From: Acidimicrobiia bacterium UBA5794
GTDB lineage: Bacteria > Actinomycetota > Acidimicrobiia > Spongiisociales > UBA5794
Length of the DNA: 64,000 nt
NCBI GenBank assembly: GCA_002418265.1
Contig: DIDS01000032.1
Span: forward strand, 76,396-140,395
Direction: 5' to 3'
The notes beneath the pieces are model-generated. The model searched no databases. It saw only the letters and a list, made by a program, of their open reading frames with translations, and was not told the origin of the DNA. A program made the translations under genes and the position numbers. Positions 27,621 to 37,314 of the stretch are shown here, piece after piece (the stretch's first letter is position 1; every line of letters starts with the position of its first letter).

Positions 27621-28660
27621 CGGTGTTCATCGAAGCCGCCATCAAGGTTGCCGTAGCGTTCGTGTTCATCATGTTGACAACCCTCGTCCTCGTCTGGGCA
27701 GAGCGGAAGTGGGTATCGGATCTCCAGAACCGCATCGGACCCGATCGTGCCGGTCCTTTTGGAATTCTTCAGACCCTCGCCGATGGCTTGAAGGCGTTCT
27801 TCAAGGAATCCATCAGGCCGACACAATCCATATATTTGTTGTACCTCGTTGCCCCGATCGCCGCCCTCATACCGGCACTTTTGATCTTCCTCGTCATCCC
27901 GATCGGTGCGCCAATCGAGATCGGGGGAACAACGTACACACTTCAGGTGATGGACCTCAACATTGGACTGCTTTATGTGCTCGCTGTGTCGTCCCTTGCC
28001 GTGTACGCCATCACGCTTGCCGGATGGTCGTCCGGATCGAAGTACCCGCTTCTTGGCGCGGTCCGTGCTTCTGCCCAGATGATCTCATATGAGGCTGCAA
28101 TGGGACTCGCCCTCGTTCCCGTGGTTCTGTTGACGAGTACGACATCGATTGCAGGGATTGTCGATGCCCAGCAAGGAACCTTCGGATCGTTCATCCCGGC
28201 ATGGAACATCGTCCTGATCCCGTCATTCATCATCTTCCTCATTGCAGGCTTCGCCGAGACCAACCGGCCTCCGTTCGACCTTGTCGAGGCGGAGTCCGAG
28301 ATCGTCGGCTACCACACCGAGTATTCGGGCTTCGCTTTCGCATTGTTCTTCCTCGCGGAGTACATCAACGTCTTCAACATGTCAGCCCTCACCGTCACAC
28401 TCTTTCTCGGAGGCTGGGCTGGTCCTGTTCCATCATTTCTCCCGACCTGGATCCAGTGGCTCGTTCCCGTCTTTTGGTTCCTGCTCAAGACCTGGGCCTT
28501 TGTGTTCCTGTTCGTATGGGTCAGGGCAACGCTTCCACGCATGCGATACGACAAGCTGATGACATTCGGATGGAAGCGGCTCATCCCCGTGTCACTGGCG
28601 TGGATCATCCTCTGCGCGGTGGCAATCGGCTTCCGAGAATTTGGAGCGCCGTGGTCATGA
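27617..28660 (+). CDS. nuoH: NADH-quinone oxidoreductase subunit H
   Basis: 347 aa, 8 TM. Blocks RIGPDRAGPFG, LADGLK and NRPPFDLVEAESEIVGYHTEYSG. Confidence 0.9.
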   Translation: MTVFIEAAIKVAVAFVFIMLTTLVLVWAERKWVSDLQNRIGPDRAGPFGILQTLADGLKAFFKESIRPTQSIYLLYLVAPIAALIPALLIFLVIPIGAPIEIGGTTYTLQVMDLNIGLLYVLAVSSLAVYAITLAGWSSGSKYPLLGAVRASAQMISYEAAMGLALVPVVLLTSTTSIAGIVDAQQGTFGSFIPAWNIVLIPSFIIFLIAGFAETNRPPFDLVEAESEIVGYHTEYSGFAFALFFLAEYINVFNMSALTVTLFLGGWAGPVPSFLPTWIQWLVPVFWFLLKTWAFVFLFVWVRATLPRMRYDKLMTFGWKRLIPVSLAWIILCAVAIGFREFGAPWS

Positions 28661-28670
28661 GGAGGCAGAA

Positions 28671-29321
28671 ATGAGTTGGCTCAGTGATCTTCTCGGTCCA
28701 TTGAAGGGGTTCCTCGTTCCGTTGCGTCAGATCCGCAAGGGGCCTGTGACCAGGAAATATCCACAGGTGAAACGAGTCAAGCCCCAACGGTTCCACGGTC
28801 GCCACACCCTCAATCGGTACCCGAACGGGATGGAGAAATGCATCGGCTGTGAGCTCTGTGCAGGCGTGTGCCCGGCGAATTGCATCTATGTGCGTGGCAA
28901 GGACAACCCACCTGACAATCCCGTGAGCCCGGGTGAACGGTGGGGATTCGTCTACGAAATCAACATGTTGCGTTGCATCTTCTGCGCGATGTGTGTTGAG
29001 GCATGTCCCACCCAGGCGATCACGATGACGCACCTGTTCGAGATGTCCGTCACCAACCGCGACGATGCCATCTACACGAGGACAGAGCTGCTCGTGGATC
29101 GTGACGGGACACCGAACTATCCCCCGCACGAAGACAGTCCTCTGACCAACCTTGAGGAACTGAGAAAGGGCGACGGATGGATGCGTGCGACGTCGCCATC
29201 GGGACGCAGGGAGTATGAGGGGATCGTCGCGTGGACCCCTTCCGCCCGAACGGGTGAGCTGCCAGCCGAGCGTGGCCAATCGTCTGGAACGCCGCAGGTC
29301 TCGGAGGATGCGGATGGCTGA
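28671..29321 (+). CDS. nuoI: NADH-quinone oxidoreductase subunit I (with ~50-aa C-terminal extension)
   Basis: 216 aa. ATG after GAGGAGG. Two 4Fe-4S motifs CIGCELCAGVCP and CIFCAMCVEACP. Confidence 0.85.
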   Translation: MSWLSDLLGPLKGFLVPLRQIRKGPVTRKYPQVKRVKPQRFHGRHTLNRYPNGMEKCIGCELCAGVCPANCIYVRGKDNPPDNPVSPGERWGFVYEINMLRCIFCAMCVEACPTQAITMTHLFEMSVTNRDDAIYTRTELLVDRDGTPNYPPHEDSPLTNLEELRKGDGWMRATSPSGRREYEGIVAWTPSARTGELPAERGQSSGTPQVSEDADG

Positions 29322-29844
29322 GGTCATCGTGTTCATCATCTTCGCCATGGTCGCTCTCATCGGTGGGATCACCATCTTGGTCGCACCGGATCCTGTGTAC
29401 TCAGCGATCGGATTGCTTGCAGCGATGTTTTCTCTTGCTGTCATGTACGTGCTCCTTGATGCCCACCTCGTTGCTGTTATCCAGGTGATCATCTATGCCG
29501 GTGCCGTGATGACGCTGTTCCTGTTCGTGATCATGCTCATCGGCGTGGACACGACGGACAAATACGGCATCGTCGCACCGGCACAGCGGATCATGACCAC
29601 CGTGGTGGCCCTTGGGCTCTTCGTGGCCATTCTTCTCGCGGGTCGAAGCGCCTGGATCACCGGAACAAATCTGTTCGGAACACCCGACCTCAATGGAACC
29701 ATCGAGAACGTGGCTGACGAACTCTTCGGCACCTGGACGATCGTGTTCCTTTCGACCGTGCTGCTTCTGACCATTGCCGCACTCGGAACGATCGCCCTTG
29801 CCTATTTCGGGAACGAAGTCGAAGACGAGGAGGCGACCCTGTAA
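29314..29844 (+). CDS. nuoJ: NADH-quinone oxidoreductase subunit J
   Basis: 176 aa. ATG overlaps nuoI stop. 5 TM, NuoJ-like. Confidence 0.8.
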   Translation: MAEVIVFIIFAMVALIGGITILVAPDPVYSAIGLLAAMFSLAVMYVLLDAHLVAVIQVIIYAGAVMTLFLFVIMLIGVDTTDKYGIVAPAQRIMTTVVALGLFVAILLAGRSAWITGTNLFGTPDLNGTIENVADELFGTWTIVFLSTVLLLTIAALGTIALAYFGNEVEDEEATL

Positions 29845-30158
29845 TGGACGGTCTCGAAGTCACGGCATCGTGGTATCTCATCCTTGCCGCAGCGCTGTTC
29901 GCCATCGGTGTCGCTGGCGTGGTGGTTCGCCGCAACGCCCTTGTGATGTTCATGTCGATCGAGTTGATGCTCAACAGCGTCAACCTCACGTTCGTGGCCG
30001 TCAGCAAAGATCTCGGGTTGATAGAAGGTCAGGTTGCTTCGCTGTTCGTGATGGTCGTTGCCGCAGCTGAAGTAACGGTCGGCCTCGCGATCATTGTTGC
30101 AGTCTTCAGGAAGCGCTCAAGCGCCAATGTGGACGAACTCGCAGAGTTGAAGGGCTGA
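29844..30158 (+). CDS. nuoK: NADH-quinone oxidoreductase subunit K
   Basis: 104 aa, 3 TM, conserved [12 protein letters not shown]. Confidence 0.85.
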   Translation: MDGLEVTASWYLILAAALFAIGVAGVVVRRNALVMFMSIELMLNSVNLTFVAVSKDLGLIEGQVASLFVMVVAAAEVTVGLAIIVAVFRKRSSANVDELAELKG

Positions 30159-30160
30159 CC

Positions 30161-32032
30161 ATGACTGATCTCTTGTGGCTCGTCATCGCCATCCCACTCG
30201 CCATGGCCACGATCAACATCCTCATTGGTCGCAGATTGGGTGAACCCCTTTCGGGCATCCTTGCCACCGTGGCTGTCGGGGTGTCGTTCGTTCTTGCCGC
30301 CATCCCGGCAGTTGACTTCATTGCAGGAACCGGCGAACCCGTCACGATCAGGCTGTTCACCTGGATACCGACGATGGGCGTCGAGGCCGAACTGCTATGG
30401 GATCCGCTTTCGATGCTGCTGACCTTGATCGTCACGGGAGTTGGTGCCCTGATCCACCTGTACTCGATTGGGTACATGCACGGAGACGAACGATTCCCAC
30501 GGTTCTTCTCCTTCCTCAATCTGTTCATTGGCTCGATGCTGATCCTCGTGCTCGCAGCCAACTACGCCATCATGTTCATCGGGTGGGAGCTCGTGGGTCT
30601 GTGCTCATATCTCCTCATCTCATTCTGGTTCACCAAGCCAACAGCAGCGGCCGCCGGAAAGAAGGCATTCATCGTCAATCGAATCGGCGACTGGGGCTTC
30701 CTGATCGCTTTGATGCTGCTCTTTGCTTCCTTCGGTACCTTCGATTTCGGGGTGATCTTTGCCACGGCACCCGCCGTGCTCTCCGTCGGGATGGCGACAG
30801 CGATCACCTTGATGCTGTTTGCGGCAGCCACCGGTAAGTCAGCCCAGATCCCACTCTATGTGTGGCTGCCCGACGCCATGGAAGGCCCCACACCGGTTTC
30901 TGCCCTCATCCACGCCGCAACAATGGTGGCTGCCGGTGTGTTCATGATGGCGCGCTCGGCTGTCCTCTTCGAACTCGCTCCGGCCACGGGGGTGGTCGTG
31001 GCAATCGTCGGCGTGGCGACGGCGCTGCTCGCCGCGGTCATAGCGATGGCGCAGAAGGACATCAAGAAGGTGCTTGCGTACTCAACGATCAGCCAGCTCG
31101 GCTACATGGTGTTGGCCATCGGTGTCGGTGCCTACAGCGCCGGGATCTTCCACATGACAACGCATGCGTTCTTCAAGGCGTTGCTCTTCCTTGGTGCCGG
31201 ATCGGTCATCCACGCAATGGCCGGTGAGCAGGACATGCCCAAGATGGGCGGGCTCCGCAAGCTCTTGCCGATCACGTTCCTCACCATGGCTGCCGCCTGG
31301 CTCGCGATTTCGGGGATCTTCCCGTTCTCGGGCTTCTGGTCAAAGGATGAGATCCTTGCAGCGACCTTCAACGAGGGCGGTGTGTTCTACGTACTTTGGT
31401 TGGTCGGCGTCGTCGTTGCGTTGCTGACCGCCTTCTACATGACGCGTCTCATGGTCATGACGTTCTTTGGTTCCGGGCGTTGGGATGAAGGGGTTGAGCC
31501 CCACGAATCTCCCGCATCCATGACGATTCCGCTCATCGTTCTCGGATTGTTCACCGTAGGCATCGGATTCATCAACACGCCATTCCGGCTGGGATTCGAG
31601 CACTTTCTCGATCCTGCGTTCCAGGGCGTTGCCCATCCGGAAGAGATGTCAGCAGCACTCATCTGGACTCTGGCTGCTCTGACCACGGTCGTTACCCTTG
31701 GTGGGATCGCATGGGCCTGGGCCCGCTATCGCCGGTCCGAACTCCCAGCCGAGAGCGGTGTGTGGTGGAGGCGTGCGCTCGGTGGATTCTTTGTCGATGA
31801 TTTCTACGGCGACGTCATTGTTGCACCCAGTAGGGCAGCGGCTGATCTCGCGGTCACGACGGATGAAAAGGCGCTCGACGGTGTGGCCTACGGTTTGGGA
31901 TCCGGTGTCAAGTCACTTGGAACGACACTTCGACCAGTCCAGAGCGGCAAGGTGCGTTCCTATGCCGGCGTATTGGCGATCGCAGGCATCGTGTTGATCG
32001 TTGCAATGGTGATCATCGGGGGTGGGTTCTGA
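30161..32032 (+). CDS. nuoL: NADH-quinone oxidoreductase subunit L
   Basis: 623 aa antiporter-like subunit. WLPDAMEGPTPVSALIHAATMV block and long C-terminal helix. Confidence 0.9.
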   Translation: MTDLLWLVIAIPLAMATINILIGRRLGEPLSGILATVAVGVSFVLAAIPAVDFIAGTGEPVTIRLFTWIPTMGVEAELLWDPLSMLLTLIVTGVGALIHLYSIGYMHGDERFPRFFSFLNLFIGSMLILVLAANYAIMFIGWELVGLCSYLLISFWFTKPTAAAAGKKAFIVNRIGDWGFLIALMLLFASFGTFDFGVIFATAPAVLSVGMATAITLMLFAAATGKSAQIPLYVWLPDAMEGPTPVSALIHAATMVAAGVFMMARSAVLFELAPATGVVVAIVGVATALLAAVIAMAQKDIKKVLAYSTISQLGYMVLAIGVGAYSAGIFHMTTHAFFKALLFLGAGSVIHAMAGEQDMPKMGGLRKLLPITFLTMAAAWLAISGIFPFSGFWSKDEILAATFNEGGVFYVLWLVGVVVALLTAFYMTRLMVMTFFGSGRWDEGVEPHESPASMTIPLIVLGLFTVGIGFINTPFRLGFEHFLDPAFQGVAHPEEMSAALIWTLAALTTVVTLGGIAWAWARYRRSELPAESGVWWRRALGGFFVDDFYGDVIVAPSRAAADLAVTTDEKALDGVAYGLGSGVKSLGTTLRPVQSGKVRSYAGVLAIAGIVLIVAMVIIGGGF

Positions 32033-33609
32033 TGCCGCTGCTCAGCTGGCTGATCGTCCTGCCGCTGCTGGGTGCCATCGTGGTTGCATTGCTGCCAGCA
32101 AGACGACCTGAAGTGGTCTTCCCTGTGGCCTTGGGGGTTTCGACTGCACCGCTGGGTCTCGCCTGCTACATCCTCTGGGTTTTCGATGCTGGAAGCCCTG
32201 GAGTGCAGTTTGGCGAATTCCATTCGATCTCTGACACGTTCGGTCTGTCGTGGACCCTGGGAATCGACGGCATATCACTGTTCATGGTTCTCCTCACGGT
32301 GATTCTGTTCACGTTGTCGATTGCCGCTTCACGGTCGATCACACACAAGACCAAAACCTACATGGCGCTCCTCCTCGTGCTTGAGGCTGCCTGCATTGGT
32401 GTCTTTCTTGCGCTCGACCTCCTCGTGTTCTTTGCATTCTTCGAGTTCGTTCTGATCCCCATGTATCTCCTCATCTTGATCTGGGGATCAGGGGATAGCT
32501 CGCGCGCGGCGTTGAAGTTTGTGCTGTTCACGGCGTTCGGTTCAGCGTTCCTTCTCGCAGGAATCATCGTACTTTCCATCTTGGCTGGAGATACGGTGGG
32601 TACGGCCTCGTCCTTCAGCTTCTTCGCAGCGCTGGCGACCGATTTGTCCGACACTGCACAATTCTGGCTGTTCCTGGCATTCGGCATCGGATTTGCAATA
32701 AAGGTCCCGATGTTCCCATTCCACACCTGGTTGCCCGATGCCCACACCCAGGCACCGACTGCGGGATCCGTTGTCCTGGCTGGCGTCCTCCTCAAGCTCG
32801 GTGCATACGGATTCATTCGTTTCAACCTGACGCTGTTTCCTGACGCCACCGTGCAGCTCGGTCTGATCCTTGCTGTGCTTGGTGTCATTGGAATCATCTA
32901 CGGCGCGGCTGCCGCAACCGTTCAACCCGACTTCAAGCGAGTGATCGCCTATTCCTCGGTGAGCCACATGGGCTTCATCCTGCTCGGTACCTTTGCCTTG
33001 ACAAGCCAAGCCCTTGGGGGCTCCATTTTCGTGATGATCAGCCATGGGCTGACCACTGGTGCCTTGTTCCTGCTCATCGGCATGATCTACGATCGGACGC
33101 ATACCCGTGTGATCGCTGATTACGGCGGCCTCGCAAAGACCATGCCCATCTACGGAGGCATCTTCCTTTTCGCGGTCTTCGCGTCGGCCGGTCTACCAAG
33201 CTTGTCCGGTTTCATCGGTGAGTTTCTGGTACTCATCGGTTCATACCTGACTCTGCCGGTCTTGGCCATCAGCGCCGGATTTGGAGTGATCCTCGCAGCC
33301 GTATATCTCCTTTGGATGTATGAGCGGATATTCCATGGTCCGGTGGTGAATCCGAAGATCGAAGCCCTCAAGGATCTCAACTTCCGTGAGATCGCAATCA
33401 TGGTTCCCCTTGTCGTGCTGATCATCGGCCTGGGCGTGTATCCCAAGCCGGTCTTGGACCGGGTACAGCCGAGCGTCGAGATCATCCTCGATCGGATTGA
33501 GGGGATTACCGGACATGAAGCACCCGAGTTCGGGCGTGACGGCGATCTGTCCGTGCAGGTCTCGGCGGACAGTGTGAACGGGACGAATCACGGGGACGGT
33601 GACGGCTGA
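32032..33609 (+). CDS. nuoM: NADH-quinone oxidoreductase subunit M
   Basis: 525 aa. HTWLPDAHTQAPTAGSVVLAG block. Confidence 0.9.
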   Translation: MPLLSWLIVLPLLGAIVVALLPARRPEVVFPVALGVSTAPLGLACYILWVFDAGSPGVQFGEFHSISDTFGLSWTLGIDGISLFMVLLTVILFTLSIAASRSITHKTKTYMALLLVLEAACIGVFLALDLLVFFAFFEFVLIPMYLLILIWGSGDSSRAALKFVLFTAFGSAFLLAGIIVLSILAGDTVGTASSFSFFAALATDLSDTAQFWLFLAFGIGFAIKVPMFPFHTWLPDAHTQAPTAGSVVLAGVLLKLGAYGFIRFNLTLFPDATVQLGLILAVLGVIGIIYGAAAATVQPDFKRVIAYSSVSHMGFILLGTFALTSQALGGSIFVMISHGLTTGALFLLIGMIYDRTHTRVIADYGGLAKTMPIYGGIFLFAVFASAGLPSLSGFIGEFLVLIGSYLTLPVLAISAGFGVILAAVYLLWMYERIFHGPVVNPKIEALKDLNFREIAIMVPLVVLIIGLGVYPKPVLDRVQPSVEIILDRIEGITGHEAPEFGRDGDLSVQVSADSVNGTNHGDGDG

Positions 33610-35090
33610 TGGGAAACGCATCATTTATCGCTGTCGCCTTCGAAGTGGTTCTCCTTACCGGGGCCTTGGTCACCATTCTGGTCGGTGTGGTTGCAGGACG
33701 AAACCGTTCTGTGTGGGGACCGCTCGTGGGTATGTTCTTTTTGCTGTCTGCAGTAGCGGGACTCTGGCAATGGCTTGAGGTTCAGGCCGATGGTGGCGGT
33801 CTCTACTTCTCCACTCAGAACCTTCCGATCATGCGGTCGCCAATGGTTGTCATGGATGGTTTCTCCTCGTTTGCCGCGGTCATTCTCGGATTGGTCGGGT
33901 TCGTGGCATTCCTCGGATCATGGGATCTGCAAGTGCGTCTCGGCAAGCGAGCGGTCGAGTTCAGTTCGCTGATGCTGCTCGGTGTTGCGGGACTTCACAT
34001 GATGGCCGCGACCCCCAACCTGGTCGTCGTCTTCATCGGGCTTGAAACCGCATCGATCGCGTTCTACGTCCTTGCTGGCTTCACCCGCACGGTGCACGGT
34101 TCCGACGAAGCCGCCCTCAAGTATTTCCTCCTCGGGTCACTCGCATCAGCCATGTTCTTGTACGGCGTTGCCCTCACGTTCGCAGCCACAGGTTCGCTGT
34201 CGTTGTACGGTGAGAACTCGATTCTCAACTTCCTGTCGTCACACATCGTGTCGCAGCCGGGCATTCTGCTCGCCGGTATGAGCCTGATGCTGGTCGGTTT
34301 GATGTTCAAGATCTCGGCGGCACCGTTCCACCAGTGGGCACCCGACGTGTATCAGGGAGCCCCGAATGCCGCCCTCGGACTTCTGGTCGCTGGCGTCAAG
34401 ATTGCGGGTTTTGCAGCCATTGCCCGCATCTTTGTCGAGGGGATGGCGAGCCAAATCGACACATGGGCACCGATCGTGGCGGTAATTGCAACGATTTCCA
34501 TGATCGTCGGAGTCGTGATGGCGCTCGTCCAGGACGATATCAAGCGACTGCTCGCGTACTCGGGAGTCTCACATGCCGGATACATACTTACGGCAATCGT
34601 CGCGGGATCGGGTGGATATTCAGCCATGTGGTTCTATCTCGCAACCTACGCATTCATGGTGGTTGGTGCCTTCACGGTGGTGTCGATGGTCAGTGGACCA
34701 GGTTCTTCAGCGACGTCCATTGACAGCCTGAAGGGCCTTGGCAAACGAAATCCAGAAGCGGCGTGGCTGATGGCCGTGCTGATGCTCGGTATGGCAGGCA
34801 TCCCCTTCTTTACCGGGTTTGTCGGCAAGGTTCTTGCGTTCACCTCCGCGGCAAATGCCGACTACGTGTGGCTCGTTGTGATCGGCGTGGTGACCACCGT
34901 GATCGGGCTTGCGTACTACCTGCGCGTGATATTGACCATGTTCAGTTCCGATGAGGGAGTGGAGCTCGCAACCCTCGACGTGTCGATGTCGGCGAGATTC
35001 GCAGTCATCATCGGTGCAACCGTCACGGTGGTGTTCGGTGTTGTACCGTGGCCGCTCCTTGATGTCGTCAGAAACGCACTCCCGTTGTAG
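33609..35090 (+). CDS. nuoN: NADH-quinone oxidoreductase subunit N
   Basis: 493 aa. FHQWAPDVYQGAPNA block. Start overlaps nuoM stop. Confidence 0.9.
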   Translation: MGNASFIAVAFEVVLLTGALVTILVGVVAGRNRSVWGPLVGMFFLLSAVAGLWQWLEVQADGGGLYFSTQNLPIMRSPMVVMDGFSSFAAVILGLVGFVAFLGSWDLQVRLGKRAVEFSSLMLLGVAGLHMMAATPNLVVVFIGLETASIAFYVLAGFTRTVHGSDEAALKYFLLGSLASAMFLYGVALTFAATGSLSLYGENSILNFLSSHIVSQPGILLAGMSLMLVGLMFKISAAPFHQWAPDVYQGAPNAALGLLVAGVKIAGFAAIARIFVEGMASQIDTWAPIVAVIATISMIVGVVMALVQDDIKRLLAYSGVSHAGYILTAIVAGSGGYSAMWFYLATYAFMVVGAFTVVSMVSGPGSSATSIDSLKGLGKRNPEAAWLMAVLMLGMAGIPFFTGFVGKVLAFTSAANADYVWLVVIGVVTTVIGLAYYLRVILTMFSSDEGVELATLDVSMSARFAVIIGATVTVVFGVVPWPLLDVVRNALPL

Positions 35091-36366
35091 TCGTCCAAGG
35101 CGTAGCGTCCCGTTTTTCGGGTTGGCTTTCGTCGGACTTCTTGCCGTGCTGGGGTCACTTGTCGGGTCGCTCGTTACAACAAACATCTTTGTCGTGTCGG
35201 AGAATGATCCAATCTCTGAGGATGTGTACGTCACATCGACGCGTGGTGTTGTCGATGGCGTCATCGATGGTGATCTGACAATCTTTACCGGGAATCTCGT
35301 GATCAACGGCGAGGTGACGGGCACCGTCCAGGTGTTCTCATCTGGATCGGTGACGATCAACGAAGGTGCCAAGATCGGTGGTTCCCTTCGCGGCGCCGCA
35401 CTCAATGTCACGGTCGGCGGTGAAATCGGAGCCGATGTGTTCGCGTCTGCTGCATCGGTGGTTGTCGAAGAAACGGGGACGGTGGCTCGTGATGTCATGG
35501 CATTCGGTGGCGTGGTGCGGGTTGAAGGGGACGTCGGACGCGACGTGCGGGGACGGATGATCAGGACCGTCATCGACGGAAGCGTTGGTGGAGACATTGA
35601 CGTCGCCACGCAGCGCTTTGAGGCCGGTTCGAGTGCCATGGTGGACGGCGATGTCCTGTATCGGTCTCCAACCGGGGCGTCGATCGACGACGGCGCCGAG
35701 ATTCTGGGAACCATCACCAGGCTTCCCTCTCAGAGCAATTTCGTTTACGGGGTCATTCTCACGATTGCCAACCTGGTTGGCTTCCTTGGATTCCTGTTGT
35801 CGGGTCTTGTCGTGCTGTTCGTGTTGCGTGGATCTTCAAGTCGAGCCACCGGCGCCGTGGTGACAAAGCCAATCCGGAGCTTCCTCTACGGACTGGTGGC
35901 GGTGGTGGTGGCTCCGATCGCTGTCGTCGTCCTCGCTGCGACGCTCGTGGGACTTCCTCTTGCGATCATGCTTGCCATGGCAATGGTTGCGTCGCTCATC
36001 GTTGGACCCGTGCCTGCGGTCGCGGCTCTCGGAAACCGCTTGCTGTGGAAGAAGGGCGGAATTCTTGCGGCGTTTGCGGTCGGTGCAGTTCTGTGGCGTG
36101 CCACAATCTGGCTGATCCCTGTGGTCGGCGGGGTCCTCTACGTCATCGCTCTCGTATGGGGCATCGGCGCCTGGATCATCGGTTTCGTTGAGACCCGCCG
36201 TGGTGATGAGATTCCGCTTTCTCTGCTTCCAGAGCGGCTCGTAGCTGAAGACCGGGTACCAGACGACTGGGTGCCGCCGTTGAGCCCGTCATCGGGCCTT
36301 CGGGTAGACAACCGCGTCGAGAACCTCAAGGTCGACGGTGTCCCCAACGTGGATGGCGTGGAGTGA
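35062..36366 (+). CDS. beta-helical (bactofilin / polymer-forming cytoskeletal-like) repeat protein with C-terminal polytopic membrane domain
   Basis: ~435 aa. N-terminal TM, then ~200 aa of degenerate GxVxGxV repeats (GDLTIFTGNLVINGEVTGTVQVFSSGSVTINEGAKIGGSL...), then 5-6 TM helices. Start uncertain (ATG 35062 overlaps the nuoN end; TTG 35122 or GTG 35146 are alternatives). Confidence 0.5.
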   Translation: MSSETHSRCSRPRRSVPFFGLAFVGLLAVLGSLVGSLVTTNIFVVSENDPISEDVYVTSTRGVVDGVIDGDLTIFTGNLVINGEVTGTVQVFSSGSVTINEGAKIGGSLRGAALNVTVGGEIGADVFASAASVVVEETGTVARDVMAFGGVVRVEGDVGRDVRGRMIRTVIDGSVGGDIDVATQRFEAGSSAMVDGDVLYRSPTGASIDDGAEILGTITRLPSQSNFVYGVILTIANLVGFLGFLLSGLVVLFVLRGSSSRATGAVVTKPIRSFLYGLVAVVVAPIAVVVLAATLVGLPLAIMLAMAMVASLIVGPVPAVAALGNRLLWKKGGILAAFAVGAVLWRATIWLIPVVGGVLYVIALVWGIGAWIIGFVETRRGDEIPLSLLPERLVAEDRVPDDWVPPLSPSSGLRVDNRVENLKVDGVPNVDGVE

Positions 36367-37314
36367 CGACACGAGGGCCTCAACTCTGTCGGCGCTCTCG
36401 GCAAGTTCGATCTCAACCCTTTGGTCGTGCCCATAGAACTCAGTGTCGACCACACGGTGTGTGCCTGTTGGCGAAACGGTTGGACTGATCCACTCTGGTC
36501 GGATCATCACGGTCACGTCGGTCCCATCTGAGAGGTCGGTCTCGATCTCCGCGATAGAGGTCGGGATCGACCCCGACTCGACAGTACCGGAGAGAATCAA
36601 CGCATCCCCGAGGAAATGTGCAACCCATCGGTTGACTGGTACTCGATAAACGGCATCTGGTTTACCGATTTGGACGATCGCACCCTCATGCATGACCGCA
36701 ACGATGTCTGCGATCGCAAGTGCCTCTGCCTGGTCATGGGTCACGAGGACCGCGGTGACGCCAGCGGCCCGGATGATCTCCTTGATCTCCCTGCGCATGC
36801 GCTCGCGTTTGGGTGCATCAAGATTCGAGAACGGCTCGTCAAGGAGTACGACATCGGGACCGGGTGCGAGTGCGCGTGCAAGCGCGACGCGCTGCTGCTC
36901 GCCGCCCGAGAGCTCGTGCGGAAACCTCGATCCGTGCCCGCTCAACCCGACCAGTTCAAGCACTTCATCCACGCGATGCACTCGGTCGGACCCCCGTACC
37001 CCGTACCCGACGTTCTCAGCGACGGAGATATGTGGAAACAGCGCATATTCCTGGAACACCATGCCGACCCGTCGCTTCTCGGGTGGCACGTTGACCTTTC
37101 CGTCGAGGACCGGGGTGTCTCGGATCGACACCGATCCCGTGTCCACGTCCTGAAACCCAGCGATGACCCGCAGGGCCGTGGTCTTGCCACATCCGGATGG
37201 GCCCACGAGGGCGAGGAGACTTCCGGTCGGCACATCGAGCGAGAACCGGTCAAGTGCCTTGGCTTCGCCGAATGTCACGGTGACGTCGCGCACGGAGATG
37301 ACATGATCGCTCAT
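36289..37314 (-). CDS. ABC transporter ATP-binding protein (Fe3+/spermidine-type, FbpC/PotA-like with C-terminal TOBE domain)
   Basis: 341 aa from MSDHVISVRD. Walker A GPSGCGKTT, signature LSGGEQQRVALARAL, Walker B VVLLDEPFSNLD. The long ORF upstream of the M is not used because the permease stop lies there. Confidence 0.85.
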   Translation of the reverse strand: MSDHVISVRDVTVTFGEAKALDRFSLDVPTGSLLALVGPSGCGKTTALRVIAGFQDVDTGSVSIRDTPVLDGKVNVPPEKRRVGMVFQEYALFPHISVAENVGYGVRGSDRVHRVDEVLELVGLSGHGSRFPHELSGGEQQRVALARALAPGPDVVLLDEPFSNLDAPKRERMRREIKEIIRAAGVTAVLVTHDQAEALAIADIVAVMHEGAIVQIGKPDAVYRVPVNRWVAHFLGDALILSGTVESGSIPTSIAEIETDLSDGTDVTVMIRPEWISPTVSPTGTHRVVDTEFYGHDQRVEIELAESADRVEALVSSLHAIHVGDTVDLEVLDAVVYPKAR

